A DNA stretch of 64,000 nucleotides, taken from NCBI GenBank assembly GCA_963777415.1, contig CAVZQL010000009.1, forward strand, positions 122,457-186,456. The letters run 5' to 3'. The translations under genes and the position numbers were made by a program. Every line of letters starts with the position of its first letter. Position 1 is the first letter of the stretch. This document shows positions 26,954-34,900 of the stretch, piece after piece. Under the pieces are notes generated by a model. That model was not told the origin of the DNA. It did no database searches and worked only from the letters and a program-made list of their open reading frames with translations. Origin of the DNA: an uncultured Acidobacteriota bacterium (GTDB lineage: Bacteria > Acidobacteriota > Terriglobia > Terriglobales > Acidobacteriaceae).

Positions 26954-27756
26954 TGGCGATCATCTCCATCCGCGACCTGGTGGTCGAATACGACGGACGG
27001 CGCGTTCTGGACCGGCTCAGCCTCGATATCGAACAGGGCGAAACAATGGTTCTCCTGGGTGGCAGCGGGTCAGGGAAGAGCACGCTCTTGCGGCAAGTCA
27101 TCGGCCTTGAGAAGCCGGAGTCAGGAACTATCGTTGTGAAAGGAACTGATATCACTCACTGCTCGCAATCAGAACTCAGTTTTGTCCGGCGCTCTATCGG
27201 AGTGGCATTTCAGAGTGGGGCCTTATTCAATTCACTCACGCTCGAAGAGAACGTCGCGCTCAATTTACGCGAACATACGCAGCTGGCCCCGCCGATCATT
27301 GACTTGACCGTATCGATGTTGCTGGCCGCGGTTGGCTTGTCGGAATTCGGCAAGTTGCACCCCCGCGAGCTCTCCGGCGGAATGAAGAAACGCGGCGCCG
27401 TGGCTCGCGCCCTCGCCCTTGACCCGGAAATACTCGTGTTCGACGAACCTTCCGCTGGGCTGGACCCGGTTGTCGCCGCCGAATTGGACGAGATGATTTT
27501 GCTGCTGAAGCAGGTTTACCAGATGACCATCGTCGTCGTAACTCATGAAATGAGAAGTGCCTTCAAGATCGCCGACCGCATAGCAATGCTGTACGACGGA
27601 GCGTTCGTGGCCGTCGGGTCAAAAGAAGAGATCACGAACAACAACGACCCTCGCGTACAGCAATTTCTCCGCGGGATTCCAAGCAACGTAGCAAAGACCG
27701 CTGAAATAGCCGGCGTTTTCGAACGTTATCTCGCCGCACCGGAGGTGAACCAGTGA
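26953..27756 (+). CDS. mlaF: ABC transporter ATP-binding protein (MlaF-like)
   Basis: Walker A GGSGSGKST, signature LSGGMKKR, Walker B ILVFDEP. Confidence 0.9.
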   Translation: MAIISIRDLVVEYDGRRVLDRLSLDIEQGETMVLLGGSGSGKSTLLRQVIGLEKPESGTIVVKGTDITHCSQSELSFVRRSIGVAFQSGALFNSLTLEENVALNLREHTQLAPPIIDLTVSMLLAAVGLSEFGKLHPRELSGGMKKRGAVARALALDPEILVFDEPSAGLDPVVAAELDEMILLLKQVYQMTIVVVTHEMRSAFKIADRIAMLYDGAFVAVGSKEEITNNNDPRVQQFLRGIPSNVAKTAEIAGVFERYLAAPEVNQ

Positions 27757-28676
27757 GCACGGAAGCAAAAGTCGGCGCGTTCGTTCTGGGGTGTTTTGCC
27801 ATTCTGGCGTTCACCGTTGTGTACCTGATGCATGCGCAGTTCGGGAACAATACCTCACCGTTTAGAAGCTACCTCCGGTACGCTGGCGGACTCCAGCCCG
27901 GAGCGCAGGTTCTGTTTGGCGGTATAGCTGTGGGCGAAGTTAAGGCCGTCAGACCCTGGGCCTCTGACCCCACCCGCATCGAGATTTTGTTCGATGTGAC
28001 GAAAGGCACGCCCCTGAACGAAAAGTCCGTCGCCAAGCTGGGCCTCGTGAGCATCATGAACAGCGCAGCGCTCTCGATCAGCACAGGCAGCAACGAAGCC
28101 AAGCGGCTGCCACCGAACTCGACCGTTCCTTCGCAGGAAGCCGCCAGCCTGGATGAGATCGCCGGCAAGATGGCCACGGTCGCCGACAGTGCCGACGCGC
28201 TCATTAAGCAGGCACAAGGCGAACTGGACGGCATAACTACAGATGCCCGAGGTGTCCTCGCTAATCTGAACAACATGACGGGTGCCCCTAACCAGCGGCG
28301 CGTACAAACGATATTGAGCCGCGTTGACGGACTGCTCGCCACCGAAGGCCCGAAGATAGACCGCCTCACTGACCAACTGCTCCTGGTTACCAAGCACGCC
28401 GATGGAACCATACAGAACGTCGATGGCACCGTCACCGAACTGCGCGAGCCAATGCGCAAAGACCTTGTCGAACTGCAGCAAACCTTGCAGGAAGCCCACG
28501 CTCTGATGGAGAACATGCAAGCGATCGTGCGGACGAACGACGGCAAGATCAATGACACCATGGAGAACTTGCGCACCACAACCGACAACCTGCAGCAATT
28601 GACAGATTCGCTGAAACAGCGGCCCTGGAGCCTGATTCGGATCAAGCCGCCAGAGGACCGAAAGGTCCCACGCTGA
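27753..28676 (+). CDS. mlaD: MlaD/MCE-domain protein
   Basis: N-terminal TM (KVGAFVLGCFAILAFTVVYL), MCE fold region GGIAVGEVKAV, long helical C-terminus. GTGA overlap with mlaF. Confidence 0.85.
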   Translation: MSTEAKVGAFVLGCFAILAFTVVYLMHAQFGNNTSPFRSYLRYAGGLQPGAQVLFGGIAVGEVKAVRPWASDPTRIEILFDVTKGTPLNEKSVAKLGLVSIMNSAALSISTGSNEAKRLPPNSTVPSQEAASLDEIAGKMATVADSADALIKQAQGELDGITTDARGVLANLNNMTGAPNQRRVQTILSRVDGLLATEGPKIDRLTDQLLLVTKHADGTIQNVDGTVTELREPMRKDLVELQQTLQEAHALMENMQAIVRTNDGKINDTMENLRTTTDNLQQLTDSLKQRPWSLIRIKPPEDRKVPR

Positions 28677-28690
28677 GGGGGAGAAGAATT

Positions 28691-29308
28691 ATGAAGCAAC
28701 GTCTTACAACAACACTTTTGACGGTCGCGATCACGCTCATGCTGGCGGGCTGCTTTGGCGGAAAGGTAAAGTACCCCGCCTACTACACCCTCCATGTCCC
28801 GCCGCCACCGGATCCGCCCGCAGCGGAGACTGTGCGGCCAACACCAACACTGGCGCTGCGCGAATTCACATCACCGGCGTACTTGCGTCAAGGAGCCATC
28901 GTGTACCGCGTCTCGCCAGAGCAGATCGGGTTCTACGACTACCATCGCTGGGCGATCGATCCGCGCGAGTTGGTCACCAACGCTATCGCTGATCATCTAC
29001 GTGCCGGCGGCAAATTCGCCGCGGTAAAGCTCTATGACGGTCATGCCGACGTCGACTACGTTCTTAATGGGCGTCTGGAGAAGCTGGAAGAATTGGACTA
29101 CGGCGGCGGCGTTCGAGTCGAAGTAGCGATGTCTGCCCAGATCACCAATATCAAAACCGGCGCTACGGTCTGGACCAATGCCGTTAACGACGTCGAGAAA
29201 GTTGAACAGCGCAGCGTGCCTGGCGTTGTGTCCGAAATGAATCTGGCAATGGAGCGAAGCGTCGCGAAACTCTTATCTTCTGTCCGAATCCCCCCGGCGG
29301 CCCGGTAG
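28691..29308 (+). CDS. ABC-transport auxiliary lipoprotein (PqiC/YmbA-like, DUF330)
   Basis: Lipobox LMLAGC; YYTL...LREFTSPAYLRQGAIVYR...YDYHRWAIDPRELV pattern of PqiC-like proteins. Last gene of the Mla-type operon. Confidence 0.75.
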   Translation: MKQRLTTTLLTVAITLMLAGCFGGKVKYPAYYTLHVPPPPDPPAAETVRPTPTLALREFTSPAYLRQGAIVYRVSPEQIGFYDYHRWAIDPRELVTNAIADHLRAGGKFAAVKLYDGHADVDYVLNGRLEKLEELDYGGGVRVEVAMSAQITNIKTGATVWTNAVNDVEKVEQRSVPGVVSEMNLAMERSVAKLLSSVRIPPAAR

Positions 29309-29343
29309 GCGAGGCCTGCGGCCCGGAGGTATCCAGGGCAGAT

Positions 29344-29820
29344 TTAGGCGTGAGTATGACACTCGCTTGTGACTGGCGCTGTAAGTCGCGAAATAACGCG
29401 GGGGAACACGTTCACGAAGTCCACCTTGTCAATGAACGTGTCCGCGCCCGAAGCGCGAATCTGCTCGTCGATGAAGCATGACGGACAGGCCGACATGAGC
29501 ACGATTGAGACTTGCGGAAATCGCTGCCGGATCAGCGCCGCTGCGGTCGGCCCATCCATTGTGGGCATCTGCACGTCCATAACAACCAGGTCGGGCCTGA
29601 GGCTAGCGACGGCCTCTACTGCTTCCCTGCCGTTTGTTGCGCGCCCGATCAATTCAAGACGATCATCCATTGAGACGAACATCGAGACCAGTTCCAGAAT
29701 ATCTGGGGTATCATCCACCACGAGCGTGCGGATGACTGGCGCTCTCCGCCCGCTTAGTTCACCTATTCCCGCCACGTAGCCGGTCCCAAGTTGTGGGACA
29801 TGTGTTGCCATCGTTTTCAT
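29344..29820 (-). CDS. stand-alone response-regulator receiver protein
   Basis: VVDDTPDILELV...PDLVVMDVQMPTMDG...IVLMSA...DKV receiver motifs. Start moved to ATG 29820 (MKTMATH) because the longer track ORF would include the promoter-like site at 29898-29913. Confidence 0.8.
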   Translation of the reverse strand: MKTMATHVPQLGTGYVAGIGELSGRRAPVIRTLVVDDTPDILELVSMFVSMDDRLELIGRATNGREAVEAVASLRPDLVVMDVQMPTMDGPTAAALIRQRFPQVSIVLMSACPSCFIDEQIRASGADTFIDKVDFVNVFPRVISRLTAPVTSECHTHA

Positions 29821-29897
29821 TCGTTCCTTGTTTCTGATCGTGCTGGACCGCGCCGGATAGACTCGTGCGCGAGCGCGTGACGGTCGTAATGCTGTAC

Positions 29898-29913
29898 TGC
29901 AGGTGTCGTGCCG
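29898..29913 (-). promoter_or_regulatory. sigma-54-type promoter of the orphan receiver gene
   Basis: The minus strand reads CGGCACGACACCTGCA, almost the same as the glgP site. Leader ~67 nt. Confidence 0.55.
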
Positions 29914-30139
29914 AATCCCGAGCGTCGCTAAATGCTTGAAGAACAGCAGTATCGCCGACCCTCGGCTGCCCAACTGTTAGCCCTGATACGGTCAGCTGCC
30001 AACCTGAGGTCGCCGAGCGCACCACGGACGATCACGAGCACGCGATTGAAAACGCAGCCAAAAATCGTGTCGCGCCTGTAAGAACAGGGGGATGGTTGCG
30101 TTTGGAAACGGAAGTGCCTCTACATGATTCGGGAAGGAG

Positions 30140-30679
30140 ATGATTGTGAGCACAAAGAACAGTAGAACCACAATGCGAATCGCATTCATCACCGTGTTAG
30201 CTGTTATGCTGGCCGGCACTTTTGCGGCGGCGCAGGAATACTCCTGTGATTACAGCAAGGCAGATTTCTCTCAGTTCAAAACATATGCCTGGGCCAGTGG
30301 CCATCCCGTCGAGGATAAGCTCGCGAACGATAGCATCGTCAGTTCGATCGATGCGCAGCTCTCGGCCAAAGGGCTAACCAGGGTCAGCCCCAGCGAGAAT
30401 CCCGATGTGCTGGTCTCTTACAGCGTTGTTTTCGACCGCGACGTTCGCCCCACTGGTTTCAAGGACGGTTTGCGGAACCTGCGTTGGAGCCCCAGTTCCA
30501 GGAAATTTGTCACCCTGGGCATGCTCGTGGTGAATATTGTGGACGCGGACGATGGCGCGATGCTGTGGCGCGGGATGGTTACCGGAGACGTCGACGCGAA
30601 CGCTAGCCCTGAAAAGCGGGACAAGAAAACCAGCGATGTTGTTCAGGAGATGTTCCGCAATTACCCGCCGGAAAAGTAG
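30140..30679 (+). CDS. DUF4136-type lipoprotein (start may be GTG 30146 or ATG 30173)
   Basis: Signal peptide MRIAFITVLAVMLAGTFAAAQ; FKTYAW...DVLVSYSV...LVVNIVDADDGAMLWRG pattern typical of DUF4136. Confidence 0.75.
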   Translation: MIVSTKNSRTTMRIAFITVLAVMLAGTFAAAQEYSCDYSKADFSQFKTYAWASGHPVEDKLANDSIVSSIDAQLSAKGLTRVSPSENPDVLVSYSVVFDRDVRPTGFKDGLRNLRWSPSSRKFVTLGMLVVNIVDADDGAMLWRGMVTGDVDANASPEKRDKKTSDVVQEMFRNYPPEK

Positions 30680-30705
30680 TGGAGAGCGAACAACTCCACA
30701 CGAAG

Positions 30706-30739
30706 ACACCGCCTACCTCCGGCGGTGTTCTTTGTTTCT
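30706..30739 (+). terminator. rho-independent terminator after the DUF4136 gene
   Basis: ACACCGCC-tacctcc-GGCGGTGT hairpin followed by TCTTTGTTTCT. Confidence 0.7.
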
Positions 30740-30748
30740 GCCACGGGT

Positions 30749-30940
30749 CTATTCCACTTCTTCTACCCAGTGCGGACGCATGATGATCCGGCCGTGGGAA
30801 TCAGTATCTGGCGCCCACCGCATCCGGAGCGCCTTGTCTTCACTCCACCTGATTCGTAGCTCCTGGATCGTGTCCTCCGTGCGGGCCTCAATAACTCCGA
30901 CTCCCCCGAAGCTCTGAGCGTTCGTCGCCAAAGTAGCCAT
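30749..30940 (-). CDS. small hypothetical protein (63 aa)
   Basis: G/C-rich third codon positions, GGAAGG upstream of the ATG, and a full-consensus sigma-54-type promoter about 20 nt upstream (30971-30986). Confidence 0.45.
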   Translation of the reverse strand: MATLATNAQSFGGVGVIEARTEDTIQELRIRWSEDKALRMRWAPDTDSHGRIIMRPHWVEEVE

Positions 30941-30970
30941 TCTCTTTGCCTACCTTCCGATATTGTTTGT

Positions 30971-30986
30971 AGCAACTGCAGTGCCA
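30971..30986 (-). promoter_or_regulatory. sigma-54 promoter of the 63-aa ORF
   Basis: The minus strand reads TGGCACTGCAGTTGCT (full consensus). Leader ~20 nt containing GGAAGG. Confidence 0.75.
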
Positions 30987-31064
30987 CGAAGTAGGGAGTC
31001 CACACTTGCGGCACATAGTGCTATGGAGTCGATCCGCACTCCCGCCGCTGCTGATCCAGCTGCT

Positions 31065-31082
31065 TGCCCTCCGCCCAAGGCA
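31065..31082. promoter_or_regulatory. variant palindrome between divergent promoters
   Basis: TGCC-N10-GGCA (spacing 10 rather than 8), centred 89 and 91 bp from the two GG elements at 30984-30985 and 31164-31165. Confidence 0.35.
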
Positions 31083-31162
31083 TTTGACCATCGCGGGGCA
31101 TTGATACCAAGGACACTGTCTCAAATCCCTTCGCTCTCATTCACTTAGCCGCACGATTGGAT

Positions 31163-31178
31163 TGGCACTCCCTGTGCA
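31163..31178 (+). promoter_or_regulatory. sigma-54-type promoter of the secreted-protein gene 31209-31853
   Basis: TGGCACTCCCTGTGCA. Leader ~20 nt containing GAGGAG. Confidence 0.7.
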
Positions 31179-31208
31179 CTTCCCCTTGTGTTGTTGAGGA
31201 GATGAACC

Positions 31209-31853
31209 GTGAAACGCTTTTTGATCATTGCATCGTTAGTGAGTGGACTGCTGCTGGCTTCCGCCAATGCTCGCGAGAACAGCGGCACAGACGTTACGAA
31301 TACTGGTGTTGCGAGTGCATCGCGCCAACAGTCGAGCATGCCGACGACGCCCGACGCAGCGGGGAGCCCGCAACCGAGTAGCGAGGCAAACGAAGGAAGA
31401 ATCGTGGTTGATGTGTGGTCCCACGCGCCAGACGAAGCAGAGAACAACAGCCTGTCCCGCGATTTTGCCCGTGCGGCTTTGAGTACCGCGTTCAGGATGC
31501 GATCGACCCAGCGCGCCCTCGAGAATTGCATCAAAAAGCGCTATCCGCTCGGCGAGTACTGGATCCGCTCCGAAATGGACTCGATCGATGAATCGCTCAA
31601 ATTGGCAAATCTCTCCGCCACCAACGACGCTGATCGACAGGCGTTGCAGCAACTCGAAAACGAAAATGGCAAACTCCGCGCCTGGACCGATTGGCTGATC
31701 GACGCGAACCGGAACCTCCGCCTGGCCGACTACTACATGTCCGAGTCGAAACTGGATAACGACGAGCAGTTCCAGAGCAACACGGCTTGCGCCGGCTTCC
31801 TGGTTTCAATGCTGTCGAGCGGCAAAGTGAAAGAAGGCTACGGTTGCCGGTAA
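31209..31853 (+). CDS. secreted hypothetical protein
   Basis: GTG start 7 nt after GAGGAG; signal peptide VKRFLIIASLVSGLLLASANA; helical body with no motif I recognise. Confidence 0.65.
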   Translation: MKRFLIIASLVSGLLLASANARENSGTDVTNTGVASASRQQSSMPTTPDAAGSPQPSSEANEGRIVVDVWSHAPDEAENNSLSRDFARAALSTAFRMRSTQRALENCIKKRYPLGEYWIRSEMDSIDESLKLANLSATNDADRQALQQLENENGKLRAWTDWLIDANRNLRLADYYMSESKLDNDEQFQSNTACAGFLVSMLSSGKVKEGYGCR

Positions 31854-31864
31854 GCCTTGGCCCG

Positions 31865-31923
31865 ACCCGCCCTCATGTTTTCGTCAATGCGGAAGCCAGT
31901 TTTGACCTAAAATGAGGGCGGGT
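31865..31923. repeat. 12-bp inverted repeat with 35-nt spacer upstream of the kinase gene
   Basis: ACCCGCCCTCAT ... ATGAGGGCGGGT, read directly. Lies between gene 31209-31853 and ATG 31954. Confidence 0.5.
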
Positions 31924-31953
31924 TCCGGCCCTTTCGGCCGCAAAGGTGCGAAA

Positions 31954-34900
31954 ATGGCTTCTCGCCGACGGCTTCTGCTGCACTCCATCTGGCCCCGTAC
32001 AAACGGTTGGGCTCAGGTTGTTCTGGGTCTGCTGGCCAGCATCTTGATCCCTTCTGTTCACGCACTATCGCATCCAGCACAGTACGTCACTACGGTTTGG
32101 CAAACCGAACAAGGTCTTCCCAACAACACGATCGATGCGATGGTGCAGGACAACGAAGGCTATCTGTGGGCAGCGACCAATGCGGGGCTCGCGCGGTTTG
32201 ACGGCGTGCGCTTCAGAGTATTCGCCGCGGAAGATTTTCCCAGCCTTCAATCCAGTCGATTTCAGTCTCTCTACGCAAGCCGCTCCGGAGAGTTGTGGAT
32301 CGGAACCCGGAATGGGGGCCTCATCCGATTGCACGACGGCAGCGTCACCACATACATGGAGCGCGACGGCTTGCCGAGCAAGAACATCAGGTCGATCCGC
32401 GAAGATGCCGAAGGCAAGCTCTGGATCAACACCATCAGCGGCGTAGCTTGCTGCGCCGGCGCGAAGCTACAGCCTGTCACTGCTTACCGAGGGAAACCGG
32501 TCAGCGAATTCTTCTTGCAAGCGCGGGACGCAAGCATGTGGTTTCGCTCCGGAACGGATGTCGTGCGTTTCGGTGCTGATGGCTCCATTGCGACTTTGGC
32601 GGGCGGCTCTATGGCAGCCGAAGCTCGCGACGGGAGCGTGTGGATTGCTTTTCAATCTCAGTCTCGCCTGGTGCGCTATCACCAGGGCGCGTTTTCCGAG
32701 ATAGCTCTCCCAAGCGCCGGACTGCGGCAATGGACGGCCGCGGACCCCTGGCAAGGTGTTGCCATGGAGGGGAATCCCCGACAGGCCGTGCTGGGCATGG
32801 CGACAGACACCGACGGCGAGTTGCTGCTGCTGACAGCCGCCGGATTGATTCGGGTGGTGGACGGCAAACTCGGTCCGCCCGAAGCCCTGCCGCTGCCTGC
32901 CAACAGTGATGCCCCTCCTCGAGTGCTCAGCCTCTTGGTCGATCGTCAAGGCAATCGCTGGGTGGGAACGGTTGGCAGAGGCATGTTTCGTTTTCGCCCA
33001 GCACCGTTGACCGCCTATGGCAAGGACGAGGGCTTGTCGGACGCGCCTTTCCGTGCCGTATTTCAGGATCGCGAGGCCCGCATCTGGCTGGGCGGAGATG
33101 ACGGGATCTACTGGTTCGATGGAAACACCTTCAATCGGGTTCCCGGCCTCGCGCAAATCGGCACCATCACCCAGACAAACGATGGGGACCTGTGGTTTGG
33201 AGGAGCAGGTTCTGTCTACCGCTGGCGCTCGGGCGTGGTGACCCGGTTCAGTATAGATTCGTCAGCCGTGTTCCAAATGTTCCAGGACCGCGAGGGAACG
33301 CTCTGGGCCGTTGCTCCTATGCGCGAGCAAAAATGGCAGCTTCACCGTTTCCGTGACGGGAAGTTCGAGCAGGCGGACGCGGACGCTGTCAATGTCGTGG
33401 AGGACCGCGGCGGTGGCCTATGGATCGCCGGCGTGAACCCGCCAGCGATTCGCTTAGTTCGTGGCGGCAAAACCATCCTTCGATACGACGTGTCGAGTGG
33501 TATGCCCCCCAACGGGGTGCACAGCTTTTGGCAGGATCCGAACGGCGCTTTCTGGTTTTCAACCGCGACCGGACTTTACCGTTTACGAGATGGCAAATTC
33601 GCCGCAATTACGGCCAGAAAAGGCCTGACCACCGAAATCACAAGCATCCTGGATGACGGCGCGGGCAATCTCTGGCTGCCCTCCGAGCACGGAATCTTTC
33701 GCCTCAGTCTGCAGGAGCTGAATGATCTTGCCGACGGAAAACTCCCATCTATTCCGCCCATTTCCTATGGGATCGCCGAAGGCATGAAGAATACCGAATG
33801 CAACGGGGGAGCACCCGGTTCTCTCAAAGCTCGGGACGGACGGTTATGGTTCCCGACCATGCGCGGCGTGGTGGCGGTTGACCCCAATGTCGTTACCGGT
33901 CCTCCGCCTGTCGTGCTGGAGGACGCTTGGGCAAAAAAAGCAAAGCTCGGGCGCAATGATCGGACCTCCGTAACCGCGGGCAACGACACCTTTGATTTCA
34001 CCTTCACGGCCCTGGATCTCTCGGCGCCCGATCGACTTAGGTTCAGGTATCGGCTCGTGCCCTACGACAAGGAGTGGGTGGACGCCGGTACGCGACGTAC
34101 CGCTCACTATACGAACATGCCGCCGGGAGAATACTCGTTCGAGGTCATCGCGGCCAACAGCTTCGGTGTCTGGAGTAACCACGCCGCCGGCGTGCGTTTC
34201 GTTCTGCAGCCGCACTATTACCAGACGAACTGGTTTCGCGCGCTCTGCGTGTTTCTGTTCCTGGCACTGTTGTGGGCCTTCTATGAGTTGCGTGTCCGGA
34301 AATTGCAGCATCAGTTCGAACTTCGCAAGCGCGCCGACGAAGAACGACGCCAAAGTGCGGAACGTTTCCGTGCCATCGCGGATTACACGTACGACTGGGA
34401 AAATTGGTTCGGGGTCGATGGAAAGTTGCTCTGGGTAAACCCCGCCGTTGAGCGTATCACCGGGTACTCGGTCACTGAATGCATGGCCATGCCCGACTTT
34501 CCTGTGCCGATTGTCGCAGACGCTGATCGGGACGCGGTCGCAAGAGAGTTAGCGCAAGCGGTTCAGGGGTCCAGCACGAACGATTTCGAGTTCCGAGTGC
34601 GTCACAAACACGGCTCTCTCGCATGGGTGGCCGCCTCGTGGCAACCAATATACGACTCGCAAGGCGCCAGACTTGGATATCGCGCCAGTCTTCGCGATAT
34701 CGGCAAGCGTAAACAGGCCGAGGAGGCTTTGCAGCAGAGTGAAGCGTATCTGGCGGAAGCGCAACGGCTGAGCCACTCCGGTAGCTGGGCATTGGACTTG
34801 GCCAACGGAATGTACGATTACATTTCCGAAGAAGACTTCCGGATTTTTGGATTAGATCAGCAGGACGGTTCACCAAGCAGGGAGACAGTCTTCCAACGGA

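Noticed and set aside
29821-29973. N-terminal extension of the receiver ORF (track start 29973). Similar extensions: 31912-31953 (kinase), 6984-7157, 7701-7901 and 60877-60909.
   Set aside because: The extensions include promoter-like elements or overlap upstream genes. Internal starts give canonical N-termini or signal peptides with better ribosome-binding sites.
29996-30013. CTGCCA-ACCTGA-GGTCGC, 93 bp upstream of the receiver-gene promoter, at the expected enhancer position.
   Set aside because: The right half matches only 3/6, so it is not distinguishable from background even though the position fits.
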